A DNA stretch of 64,000 nt from Elsinoe ampelina. Lineage: Eukaryota. Shown in pieces: positions 24,038 through 36,351 of this stretch (its first letter is position 1; each line of letters begins with the position of its first letter). The stretch lies in assembly GCA_010093995.1 (NCBI GenBank), contig ML992505.1, positions 1,817,533 to 1,881,532 of the forward strand, written 5' to 3'. A program made the position numbers and the translations under genes. The notes beneath the pieces were generated by a model, which saw nothing but the letters and a program-made list of their open reading frames with translations, had not been told where the DNA came from and did not search any database.

Positions 24038-25847
24038 TCAAGTAAGCTTGACAAACTTTGCCCACCCCTTGTCTCCCTTGACTTCTGGCTCTATCGTAAT
24101 GAATATACTCTCAACCTTCCCATCCGGTCCAATAGACGTCTTCGCTTTGATAAATCTGGTCGGTACCTCAAAATTGAAGTTATCGACAGACTTCTCTTCC
24201 ACAAGCCAATGATCTCCCGAGACATGATGGAAGATAGCCACCGCTCCAAGCAAGTCGGATTTAAGATGCATGACTACAGTCGTCGGTGTATCGAGCCACT
24301 GACGCCTTACACGATGGTCATCTGGATAGCCGAGATGGAGCGTGATATTTCCGTATCCTGGATGTTGATATGTTCCAATGTACTCGTTTGGCGCTAGTGA
24401 TGGCAGTATTGGAGGCGATGGCACATTTGGGTAAAGCTTCTTTGGTTCCTGAAGCGTGGCATCCATGGCCTTGTGGACACTGGTCCAGAAGCTGAGGTGC
24501 TGTTAGTAGCGAATACGGACATTGCGTATCATACTGACTGCTCATTCATATCCTTGCGATCCGCCTCAGGCACATCCAGAAAGTCCATGATCAACTTCCA
24601 ACCCACAACATCGAGTGCATAGTTCGGTGCATTCTGCATGATGCTGAATCCCCACTGCAGGTCCGGAAAGTAAGTCCATCTCGAAAAAAAGCCTCCTATC
24701 GCGCCATTGTGATAGAACACCCTGTGGCCTCTGTATGTTGACCCAAAAGTCCCAAGCCCGTAGAAAGTAGCACCGTCGAAAGGTTCACCGCTGTCATAGC
24801 TGGGCCACGACAGAGGTTGCCTGATAGTGTCATGACCTTCTGTGCTTACCGGACCGGCCTTGTTCATCAGCGTTCTGGTCCAGATGGCGTAATCGTGGAC
24901 ATTAGACGTGATTCCACCAGCTCCATTGAATGCAGGTAGTACATCGAGAGGAAATTCGACGTATCCTGCGGTCTTATTGGTCCAAGCATATTGCGAAGCA
25001 TGTATGCAAGTCGGCTCGAGAGCTTTGCACGCTTTTGCCTCGTCAACACCTGTGTACGTGTGTTGCAAGCCAAGTGGCTGAAGGAGCCACTTCCGCAAAA
25101 TCTGTTCGATCGGCTTTCCAGTCAAGACCTGAAGCGCATTGGTGGTAGCCGTATACATGAGATTGCAGTATTGCCATTTGGTCCGGAAGGGTGCACTCGG
25201 CGGCAAATGCCTCAGTATCTGAGTTTGATGCTGAATATCAATGGCATTGATGATCCACGAAAAGTCATGTCGTGGTACCCCAGTGCGGTGAGATAAGGCG
25301 TCGAGGAAAGTGACTTCAGCAGATTCATAAGGTGTGGTCAGGACAAAGTCCCTGGGCTGGATGTTGTGGAGCGGGAACTCCCAATTGATGTCCTTGTATG
25401 TATCCTGGTCCTGAACGACGATAGCCACGAGTGAGGCAATGAATGATTTCGTTGTACTGGCGCATTGGAACAGGGTATATGGCGTTACTGGCGTCTTTGA
25501 TTCCACATCCGCAAACCCATATCCCTGGTAGTGTCAAGGCCTTGGCCGATCATGGACAAGAATGGGATATGGGTCTTCTAGACTGTACTGAAACTGAAAA
25601 TGACCTACCTTTGCCCATGTTCTGTTTCCTCGACAACGGATACTGCAAGACCTGGTGTATTCCACTTCTCGAGCACGCCTTCGACATGCTCATCGAATCC
25701 AGCAGTGAATGGATCATACTTATCCTCGCAATGTGCATCGGATGCAGATAGCGGTATTTGCTGGCCCTCAAAGAATGGTGATGGCTTAGGACAGCCTTGA
25801 AGGGAGCTAGAAACCAACGAGGCCAGAACAAGGAGTGCCAAATGCAT
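24038..25847 (-). pseudogene. Secreted beta-lactamase-family serine hydrolase with a C-terminal DUF3471-like domain; apparent 1-nt frameshift near 25631
   Basis: Signal peptide, SxxK (STTK), LSHRTGVPRHD, YxN (YCN), HNG, and YIGTYQHPGYGNI. The exon-1 frame does not join GYGFAD across intron 25525-25608 unless a base is added, which gives VV[x]GNRTWAK|GYG. A second short intron lies near 24500-24534. Confidence 0.7.
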
Positions 25848-26662
25848 TTTTACACTGTTCTATACCAAACGAAGCACTTCTTGCGGCAGAGAAGCGTTGA
25901 GCAGTCGTTGAGGTCAAGAAGAAGTTCTACGTCAGGATGTCATGAAGATGGTCAGCCTTGACGGAAACCATGTCTGTTTAGTATTAGCGAAACCCCTCGT
26001 TTTGCCTTTCAGCTGGTTGTTTCTGTGCCGCCACCTTCCCCGCGGTGTTTCCGGCGATAAGATATCGCTGGCTCAAAACTCTCGGTAAGTTCCGCGTGGC
26101 CCTGACGCAGCCCAGAAGAGGCAGAGAACGTCGTCGTCTTGGTCCTTGTGCCTCATTCTCAACCGCGTATACGTTGTCGACACGCCTCTTTACGAGCGCA
26201 ATATTTGCTGCGACGAAGAGCTGCGAAACGACTACACCTTCGCTCGCACAGCTGGTACCTCCGCGTTACGTCACTGTTCATCAGGATATCGACACCGCGT
26301 TTCTATTCGGATCCCCTTTGTCATCACAGATAAAGTCCGACCTCGTCTTGCCCTGCAAACTCCGTATCGACCGTCCAAGAGTCATTACCATAATTTAGAT
26401 AATATCTAAAAATCCTGGCTGTTCATCGCAATCATTCTCCTCCACCAGCTGATCATCCTCCCCTCGATCACCTGCCTGGAGCTCTCGAAACAGGAAACGT
26501 TCATGCATACAGTCTGACGACGGCTTCCGCAGAAGCGCACTTTCTTTCGTTTCTGTCGCGACTGTACAGACCGCCATAACGATACCGCAGATCTCTAGCG
26601 CAACTAGAAACACGAATCGCAGTTTCACCGGGTAGAACTGAAAGAGCTTGACCTCGAAAGAC

Positions 26663-28365
26663 ATGGGTAACCAGCCCTCAAAAGATGGCGAGAACATTGG
26701 CCGAAGTCGCAGCAACACACCCACAAGCGGAGGACTGGGACCTAAATTGGAATCCTTGCCATCCTTCTCGAAATCTGACACTCAAGGATCTTCGCGATCA
26801 ATCAGAAACTCGCTCAAATCCAAGATACCTGGCAGCGCAATAAGGAGTGACAGCAAAGGATCAAACTCGAACATCAGCAGTCCGGTTGATGACAAGGACA
26901 GCGCCGTATCAGACAAAGGAGATGATGCATCCACAATCGGAGGCTCGAGTAGCCACCGTCGAAAGCTGTCCGAGTCGCAATCGCCAAACAGTCCTACCGA
27001 AACATCCCGACGGAACAGCGTCATGTCAGAAGCCGAACCACTTCCTCCCCCATCGCCAACCATGTCTGCCTCGGTCGGACACGGCCATTCTGATATTCGA
27101 AAAGCACAGAAGAGCGGAGAAGTTGAGCATGTGTCGGACGCACCGCCGTCAGGAGTACTACATCCCTCGAGCACAGCAGAGCCTGGAGAATCAATTTTGA
27201 TGAAGAAGGATGCTGGAGTCAAGTCCGACGAGGCCACGAAATTGGCAGAAGGCGTGGACTCCATGAACATTGGAGCTCTGAAGTCTGGCGATCTAGACGA
27301 TTTCATCAAGAGACTGATTGATGCAGCATATAACAACAAGGTCACAAAGACGGTCTGCCTGAAGAACGCGGAGATCACGGCTATTTGTCAAGCTGCACGA
27401 GAGTGTTTCTTATCACAACCCGCGCTTCTTGAGCTTTCTCCACCGGTAAAGATCGTCGGTGATGTACACGGACAATACATGGACCTCATCCGAATGTTCG
27501 AGATGTGTGGATTCCCACCGAACGCCAATTACCTCTTCCTCGGAGACTATGTCGATCGCGGCAAGCAAAGTCTGGAGACAATTCTTCTACTGATGTGCTA
27601 CAAGCTCAGATTTCCCGAAAACTTCTTTCTTCTCCGAGGCAACCACGAATGCGCAAATGTGACGAGGGTGTATGGTTTCTACGACGAGTGCAAGAGAAGG
27701 TGCAATGTCAAGATCTGGAAGACATTTGTGGACACATTCAACTGTCTCCCAATCGCCGCGATTGTGGCTGGCAAGATCTTTTGCGTACACGGAGGGCTGT
27801 CACCGAGCTTGTCACACATGGACGACATTCGACAGATTGCGCGACCCACGGATGTACCGGATTATGGCTTGCTCAACGATCTATTATGGAGTGATCCGGC
27901 AGATATGGAAAGCGACTGGGAGGCGAACGAGCGAGGCGTCAGTTACTGTTTTGGGAAAAAGGTCATCATGGAGTTCTTGCAAAAGCACGACTTTGATCTA
28001 GTTTGTCGTGCGCACATGGTGGTTGAGGATGGGTATGAATTCTTCACCGATCGGGTTCTGGTCACGGTCTTTTCAGCTCCAAATGTGAGTACCAAATATG
28101 TTCGAAGTGGCCATCTACTAACAGGGTCGCAGTATTGTGGGGAGTTTGACAATTGGGGCGCTGTAATGTCTGTTTCGCAAGAGTTGCTGTGTAGCTTCGA
28201 GCTGCTCAAGCCTCTCGAGTCAAGTCAGCTCAAGAGCCACATGAAGAAGGGCCGGAATGAGCGTCAAAGGATGCTGAACAGTCCAGTAAGTCATCGCTGC
28301 AGGCCCGCTGATAGAAACTTACTAACTTCGATGAGCCTGCGAGCCAGTACCCACAAAGCTACTAG
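26663..28365 (+). CDS. PPZ1: Ser/Thr protein phosphatase PP-Z; introns 28085-28132 and 28286-28335
   Basis: Myristoylation-type start MGNQPSK, Ser-rich N-terminus, PPP motifs GDVHG, GDYVDRG, RGNHE and SAPN|YCGEFDN, and a spliced end PASQYPQSY*. Confidence 0.95.
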
Positions 28366-28957
28366 TGAAAACAAGAAGGACATTTGTAGCGACTCAACAC
28401 ACAGTTTCGATCACCTACTGTCGAGTCATCCGACGATGCCGCACAGGACCGCCCGAGGCCAGGTCCACACGGCTTGAGACGAAGGACGGTCCAGATTGCA
28501 CTCTGTGACAAGCAGAGTCCGTTGAATGCGACATCTACGCAGTAAGCATTAGCAGGCGCATGGATACTTATCAAGTCTCTGCTCTTGGAGGATAGATCTG
28601 GCTGGCATGAGGTTCATCGACCAGGTATAGGAAAGAGGGACGATCCAATGGGTGGATCCGCAACAGGAATTCCAGTAGATTCTTATATGCACCAGTAGCG
28701 TCTTTTCACGCAGTAATTACTACGTTTTCAACCTGATTGTACAGTATGCTCCGATGAAGCTGGACGGAGGGAGCTGTTTTGCCAAGACCGATGTTCTTCC
28801 GGACGCACTGACCCCCCACGCACTTTTTGAGGTGAGCGACCACACTCCACCAAAATCAACGCCGACCGAACAAATCTTCCGCCGCAGCTGCACCAACCCT
28901 CGTGCGACACATCAATTGCAGCATTCGAACAGTCCGGCACACACACTAATCGCAAAT

Positions 28958-29942
28958 ATGGCCGACGCACCAGCACCAGCAGCTGGCGCAGGAGGAGCGC
29001 GTGGAGGTTTCGGCTCCCGCGGCGGTGACCGTGGTCGTGGGCGTGGCAGGAGGGGACCTCGCCGTGGTGCGAAGAGCGACGAGAAGGAATGGCAGCCGGT
29101 GACCAAGCTCGGTCGTCTGGTCAAGGCTGGGAAGATCAAGAGCATGGAGGAGATCTACCTACACAGCTTGCCCATCAAGGAGTACCAGATTGTCGACTTT
29201 TTCCTGCCAAAGCTCAAGGATGAGGTTATGAAGGTGCGTTTGGATCACGAGAGTCATACAAAAGAGCCGGGATGATGCTGCGCGGATGCAGGGCATTGGA
29301 TACCGCACGTGGACAAGAACTGTGACGAACTGCGACTGACATCTCTACAGATCAAGCCTGTCCAGAAGCAGACCCGTGCCGGTCAGCGTACTCGTTTCAA
29401 GGCCGTCGTTGTCATTGGTGACTCGGAGGGACACATTGGTCTCGGTATCAAGACCTCCAAGGAAGTGGCCACTGCCATCCGCGCCGCCATCATCATTGCC
29501 AAGCTGTCCGTCGTTCCCATCCGACGAGGATACTGGGGTTCCAACCTCGGTGAGCCACACTCTCTGCCTACCAAGGTGAACGGCAAGTGTGGTTCCGTCA
29601 CTGTCAGGGTAAGTCATGGAGCTGCTGAGTCTCCAACACATCTCAGGAGACGCATCCATAGAATCAAAGACTGACATGACATAGCTCATCCCTGCACCTC
29701 GCGGTACTGGTCTCGTTGCCTCCCCAGCCGTCAAGCGTCTGCTCCAGCTCGCTGGTGTCCAGGACATCTACACCGCCTCTTCCGGATCGACCAAGACTCT
29801 CGAGAACACCCTCAAGGCGACCTTCAGCGCCGTCGTAGACACATACGGTTTCCTCACGCCCAACCTGTGGAAGGAGACCAAGCTCATCAGGAGCCCGCTG
29901 GAAGAGTACAGCGACGTGCTCAGGGAGGGCAAGCGTTACTAG
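28958..29942 (+). CDS. RPS2: 40S ribosomal protein S2 (uS5); introns 29234-29350 and 29609-29684
   Basis: RGG-rich N-terminus, [35 protein letters not shown] and LIPAPRGTG. All three exons are in frame. Confidence 0.97.
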
Positions 29943-30143
29943 ACAGAGAAGGGACAAGCGAGGATGATAGGGCGTACACAACGGGAGATTCTTTACGAGC
30001 AATTGAGTGCAAGATCTGCATTGGCTTCCGACTGAGGTCGGGGCTGAGGAAATGAATGTTCATTCAAATTCACAATTCTGGTATTCCGTCGTGAGAATCC
30101 TCCCTCTGCCCTGCCTCCCCATCCCCTCCCGTAAACCACTAAC

Positions 30144-32144
30144 CTACACCCCCTCCCCCATCTCCTTTGTCTCCCCCCTCTCCCCCCTCTCAACCGTCGC
30201 CTCCACCCTCTCCGTCATCAGTTCCTTGACCCCCCTCAGACACCAAACCGCCACAATCGCCAACACCACAAAAGGGATAATACTCGCCCAAGCGCGCCGA
30301 TACGCATCCGCATAAACCCACTCACTCTCCGCGCCGGCAGCAGCGAGCACTTCCGGCCCGAACCCCCCCTCCTCAACCCCCATCCCGCTCTGCAACGCCT
30401 CCAACAACGCCGGCACCCGACTCGCGTCCAACCCGGCCCCCGTCGCCGCCGCGCCGACTTTCGAGGCATAGTTCCCGGCAAGCCGCGAATTGATAATCGC
30501 ATCCAACGCCGCGGCACCAAACGCACCACCGATGGCTCTCGCGGAGAAGGCCAGTCCAGTGGCGGTGGAGAGGAAGGCGTGGGGAGCGGTGAACTGCACT
30601 AGTGCCACGAGCAAGGTGAGGGGGCCGGCTTGGCCGATGCCGGAGAGGACGTTGAGGATGATTTGGGGCGTGGACCAGGTGGGGCGGATGGTGGCGTAGC
30701 AGATGCAGACGATGAGGAAGAGGGAGAAGGTGAGGAGGAGCGGGGAGCGGAGGTCTTTGGTGGCGGTGGAGTACCATCTTCGCATATGTCAGTTCTGGGA
30801 GGGCCGGGGGGGAACAGGGGGGGTAGGGTAGGGACAGAAAAACAGGGCAGAAAAGAGGGGGTGACAGGGCAGAAAAGAGGGGGAAAGGGAAGAAGAGAGG
30901 ACGACAGCTAAGGGCAAGAGAAGGAAGGACTTACGTGATGATGATACTAGCAAAGATGGTAAGGATGTTAAACGACAGCTGCCGGACGGAAATCCGCCAC
31001 GCGTCCGTCTCGAAACCGAGACGCAGCACGATCTGAGGCGTGATGGCGTTGACGGCGCTGTAGAAGATCCAGCCCTCGACGGCAAAGGCGAAGACGGAAA
31101 GAGCAAAGTTGGGACCGCCTTTGAAGAAGGCGTGGGCGACGAGGCCGTCGGAGCGACCTTTCCATTCTGTTGGTCGGGTCAGTCATGAGTGAGGGGACAG
31201 AGAGGGAGAGGGAGACTGAACCATAGACGCCAAAGGCCGCCAGGCAGACGAATCCCACGACCAGGCCGGCGATGACTCTTGGTTCGCCCCAGCCGTAGGC
31301 GCCACCGCCCCAGTTGAGACCGAGGAGGAGCATGGTGGTGCTGATGACGAAGAGACCCGAGCCAATTGGATCGCAAGCCCAGATGATCTCGGTGATTTTC
31401 ATCTTTGGGTAGTCGCTCTTCTTGGGGTGGTAGAACGCCATCAGACCAGCGAACGTCGCGCCGTGGAAGGCAGCTTGGATCCAGAAGATATTCCTCCATC
31501 CTGCTGGGTTGGCGTTTGTCACGGCTCCTGCTCCTAGAACGCCGACGAGACCGCCGATGGCGCCGCCCATGAAGGCGAAGCCGTTGGCGAGGGCGCGGTA
31601 TTTGAGAGGGAGGACTTCGGAGGGGATGGCTTGGACAATGGCGATGGTCGCGAGCGTGACACCAATCAGGATGCCTCCGCCGATGAGCGTAGACATGTTG
31701 GAGGCTTTGGCGCAGACTATGGCCCCAATGAAGGCGATAAGTGGTGGGATGGAGGCGAGGTATTTCCTGTCGAGGACGTCGGAGAGACGACCGACTAGGG
31801 GTGAAAGTACGGATTGCATGAGAAGTGGTCCCTCTGATACGGGTCAGTATGTTGGTCTCTCGCAGAATTGGTGTCTACTTACGAATGATCCAGCCTGCGA
31901 TACCAGGCTCGCCCAAATCACGAATGATAAAGGCAATGACTGATCCTGCTGCCACCACGACATAGACTTGAGCCATGATGGCGAAGCAGGCAATGAAGAC
32001 GACAGCCCATGTGTGCCATGATAGCTTCACACGTTCTGCTTCTGCAAGCTCGTTGACGTGAGCCGAAGGTGGGTCAAATTCGAGAGCATCTTTGCGCTCG
32101 TCCTGTGTGACAGCAATCTTGTCTGTGGTCTTTGGGTCTGCCAT
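30144..32144 (-). CDS. MFS drug/toxin efflux transporter (TRI12-like); introns 31834-31882, 31167-31221 and 30778-30934
   Basis: Multi-TM protein with MFS motif A (VGRLSDVLDRKY), PSEVLPLKYR, GWRNIFWIQ, ATGLAFSARAIGGAFG and YADAYRRAW. Confidence 0.85.
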
Positions 32145-32979
32145 TGATGGCTATGGAGTGGTTTATACTAGCCAGGGGGGAAATTCTGAGGGTAGGGAAG
32201 GAGACAGGGAGGAAAAGAGATCGTGAGGACCTGTACAAACCATCTTCTTCGGCGATCACCAAGTCTTCTTATGCGAGTAATCAACGCGGTAAGTGTCCAC
32301 TGTGCAGGAGAGTACAAACCGGAGATCCCCCAAGCCACTCCCCATGTCAGGCGGGTTAGGGCCCTAGGGGTCTCTGGGGTTGCGGGGTCGCGTGGGCTAG
32401 CGGGAACTTTTTCCGTGGGTTGAGTCGGAGAAGTACGGGAGATCTCTTCTTCGTCTTGATGCCGTGATGGAGAGAGAGTCTGCTGCTCGTCTGTGATATA
32501 CTTGGCGCTAGTAGACTGCAGAAAGAGCGCCGACCATTTTCGACCGCTGTCCAGCTTCATTGCTTACAATTCTGTAGAGCGGACGAGATTGAGTCGTGCA
32601 CACGGGTAGGTGTACTCCAAGATGAGCTTTTGATTGTAAACTACCAACTGCCGTGAAGATAGGAATGAACCTTGTTTCACTCAGTCGGTATATCGGACTC
32701 GCACTTGATCCCTTGATCAGATGATCTCAAACGATTCCGTATAGACTTCTCCAACATCGTACTTCCCGCTCCCCATAGTATCGTGACTGATGATGGTCTT
32801 CCCACACAAGTATCCCTCCCTATTCAGTGAGCATATCAGCTCTGCAGCACAAATTCCGTGCCAGAAAATCCCGGCCTGAAATGCTTTTGAATGCGGTATC
32901 CCTCTGAGCAAAACTCCAAAACACCATGCTTATACATGCCTTTGAAGAACATTGACGCGTACGAAAAACAAAAATACAA

Positions 32980-34344
32980 TCATTCCTCTTCGCTCTCCTC
33001 TTCTTCCTCGACCGCGACTGCAGCAGGCTCATCATCCTCTTCTTCAGCCATGGCTCTGAGCATCTCGAGTTCAAGCTCGTCGTCCTCGTCACCATCTCCT
33101 TCAGCCGCATTGACGTGAGCCGAACTACGCCTTCGACTTGTGACTTGGAGGGGTGGAGGATCTCTTTTCGGCGCTGCAGCTTGATGCCTCGCTGGCGATC
33201 CCAAATGGAGATCTTCCACATCATCATCTTCAGCTTCAGCATCTTGCGTTTGACGGTAGCCATTTGATGCGGTCTGGGTATCATCATCGTCCATGACAAG
33301 ATCTCCATCGTCTGCGGGTCTCGAACGCGGTGCGTGACCTTGCCGGAAAGATCCTGGGGCGGGCGAAGATACTCGACTCCCTGGACTTGATGCCGCTGAT
33401 CTGAAAGACATGGGTGCATTGCCTTGCGAGAGTCCCAATCCAGCATTACGTTTAGCCACTGATTTCTTGTTGGGAGCATCATCAAAAACAAGATCGCCTT
33501 CATCGTCTTCATCCTCATCATCTGCAGCATCGTCGAGCATGATGTCCTCTACCACCGGTCTCTGAATCTTGCGTGTGCTCTTTGTTGAAGTAACACGAAC
33601 CTCCGGGACATTGTCTGGCTTGCGCTTGGCAGGCTGTTCAGCTTTCGCTGGCGTAGATGTTCGGGGTTTGGGTTTGCGATTTGGCATCATTGGGTTGGCT
33701 GGCTTTCTAGCAGGGCGTGACACCGGGGTAGCCTGTATGGATGGCGCATGTGACCCTGTAGTGGAGAGCGCGGGGCTGTTCATCGTTGATGTTGGCTTGT
33801 GGTCGCGTACAGGTTCGGTATCCGGAGATGTTGCCGACATGTAATGTCTGTAGTCGAACGGATTATCTGGGTCTGCCTCGCCGTCGTCTTCCAGCTCCTC
33901 ACTATGATCTCCTTCTCCATCTGCCCTCATGGCGTCGACCGCCGGAAGAATTGTGTAGGAGTCGGCCAGCTTAGCCCTGTCATTCTCCCATGGCGCACTC
34001 GTGAGGTTGTACACAAGCGCCGACTCCAATGTTTCCAGAATGAATCCATCTCCAGTCTCATCAGACACTAGGACCAAGGTGCAATCATTATCGCCAGGCT
34101 GACCCTCGTATTCGTATGTATCTTCCCCATCTTGCAACTTGAGCTTCGTATGACCAGTGTCTTCATCTCCTAGTATTGTCTGGTTTATGTCGTTTTCGAC
34201 GGACAAGGTGGGCTTGTGGTTGAATCGGACTGCTGTGAGACCACTGCTGGGGGCTGATTGGGTGATGCTGTCCCCGATCCGGATTGCATGCGAACCGATG
34301 GTCCTGATATCTAGCGGCTTGTGAGAAGCCGCCGCTGTTGTCAT
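32980..34344 (-). CDS. ELL-associated factor (EAF)-domain RNA Pol II elongation factor
   Basis: N-terminal VRFNHKP...YEYEG...LVL..D....FILE.L....YNLTSAPW and DPDNPFDYRHY, followed by a disordered acidic tail ending ESEEE. Family assignment is from recalled fungal motifs. Confidence 0.7.
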   Translation of the reverse strand: MTTAAASHKPLDIRTIGSHAIRIGDSITQSAPSSGLTAVRFNHKPTLSVENDINQTILGDEDTGHTKLKLQDGEDTYEYEGQPGDNDCTLVLVSDETGDGFILETLESALVYNLTSAPWENDRAKLADSYTILPAVDAMRADGEGDHSEELEDDGEADPDNPFDYRHYMSATSPDTEPVRDHKPTSTMNSPALSTTGSHAPSIQATPVSRPARKPANPMMPNRKPKPRTSTPAKAEQPAKRKPDNVPEVRVTSTKSTRKIQRPVVEDIMLDDAADDEDEDDEGDLVFDDAPNKKSVAKRNAGLGLSQGNAPMSFRSAASSPGSRVSSPAPGSFRQGHAPRSRPADDGDLVMDDDDTQTASNGYRQTQDAEAEDDDVEDLHLGSPARHQAAAPKRDPPPLQVTSRRRSSAHVNAAEGDGDEDDELELEMLRAMAEEEDDEPAAVAVEEEEESEEE

Positions 34345-36351
34345 TATAACATGTTGCTGCCGTCCAACTACAAGCTGCACAATTCGTGTCGGAGTTGAAG
34401 GAAGATTGGATAGACAAGTTGAGATGATCAATGATAGCCAAACGGCGAGAGCCCCACTCAATCGTGCTCGGGCCGTGACGCTTTCGGCAACGTGACACGA
34501 GTTCCAAAAATCATTTAATTTTGGTTCTCCCATCTCCCACCTCTTGTCCTTCTTCTTTCACATGTCTACCATCGCGCCCTCTTCCATGCTCTTCCATACA
34601 TTCGTCGTCAAATGCATTTCTTTGTCAAGTCGCCATACTTGAGAAGACATGGCAAGATAACAATTACTATACACGGTGCGCAGACGTCTTAGCCAGAGTT
34701 ACCACGACCAATCGTTAGGGAAATGAAGACCATCATGGTAGTGGTTTTCGAAAGTTCATTTTCAATGGTCTATTTGTTCAGGTCGTTCATCCTAGTCTTT
34801 TCTTCCTTCTCATGAGCACAGGATGTCCAGGAGGCCATTCACTTCGCGGAGATCCCACGGCGCGATTTGACACCATGTTTGTGGCATCAGCGTGGTTGAA
34901 ATACCAGACGATGGTCTCTGTCCGGGCACTCGTGTCTCTGCGCGATCGACTCGGCCAACTATGATCTGGCACGACGATGGGTCGTATGTATCGTGGCTTG
35001 GAAGGGATTCGAAGGAGCATATCTATCGCACTGATAATGTGCTTGGTTTTCAGGACGCCATCAGTTCGTGATACTCGCTTTGACCGCCGTTTATCACAAT
35101 TTTCTTGATATTAATTGTCCACGAATGGGTAGGTCAAAGGCCGTGACCAGCTGAGACTCCGGTCTTGAATGTGAGGTTTGTTGAGGTATCATGGCTCCAT
35201 GATTCCGCTTCAATAAGGTTGTTCGTTCCTTGTCCAGGTTATGAAGCAGCAGGATTGGGAGCTGCCGATTGACGGCCTGCCCATTCTACACTCCTGACAT
35301 CCCGAGCGTTTAGCAGACACGGAGAAGACTGTTGGACTCTGACAAGTCGGACTTGGACGAACGAGATAGAGGTTCATTCCGTTTTGGAGCGCACCGGAAA
35401 CCTACGTCAATTCGAGCCCATTGCGCTCAGCAGTACACGCTAGGCACGATTAATTCGCGATGACAGGCGTTCGGAAAATCAGCATTAATGTAGGATGGAC
35501 TAGAGGGTCTTAGTATCGATTTTGCGAGGCGCACTAGGAGGGTTTCCGACATTAGAAGAGACCGGGTGTAATGAGCTATCGCTAAATCTGAAATAAATCA
35601 AAAAGACTGCGTCCACGAGCCAACTACCATGTCAGGACCACTCGCGGTTGCAGAAGCGTAAGGTAGCATGTCGCTAGGTCTAGAAATTAGCACACCATTA
35701 CTCCTATGGAATGCTGAATCGTGTAATAAGCGTCTTGGCGGTCTGCTGGAATTCCCAGATTCGTGACATTAATTGCCAGACGCCGCTTCCATCTGCCATC
35801 ACAATATAGACCACTTACACGAACAATTGAAGACCGAGACCATCTCAGCAAGGTGTCTCCTCGATTACTGACGGCTGTCAATACCTCACAACTTGCTCGT
35901 GAGACCGAAATCCCCACAAACGAAAAGTACACAAAGCGCCTACCTGGGCCGCGTCTTATTGTCGCGCGTCACGTTACCTCTCATTCGCCATTCGCCCTTC
36001 TCGCTACATTCACAATCCCGCTAACTTGCGCCAATCTCGATCCACATTCGCTCACATAATCGCGCTCGCTCTAGTTGCGACCTTTCGCTGGGCCTCAACT
36101 CTCAGGCTTTGACCGACTTAGCGCCGTGCCACCTCCGCGCGACATCACCAACACTTCAGTCTCATCGGCCCTTCACTTTCGCCATCAGCCCACGCACACG
36201 CAGAGTCTCACTAGTACATCTCCTCGAACTCAATCCTATCGCCTGCTCATGGTGGCCAAGGAGGACAACTGCCATGAGTTCTTAGGTCTGAGGTCCGCCG
36301 GTGGTCTTGGCGTTTTCTTTGCCGTCCACCATCCGGACAGGTCATCTGGCC

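Noticed and set aside
29268..29345. Possible intronic box C/D snoRNA in RPS2 intron 1
   Set aside because: The C-box candidate ATGATGC mismatches RTGATGA, the CTGA coincides with the branch site, and no terminal stem was seen.
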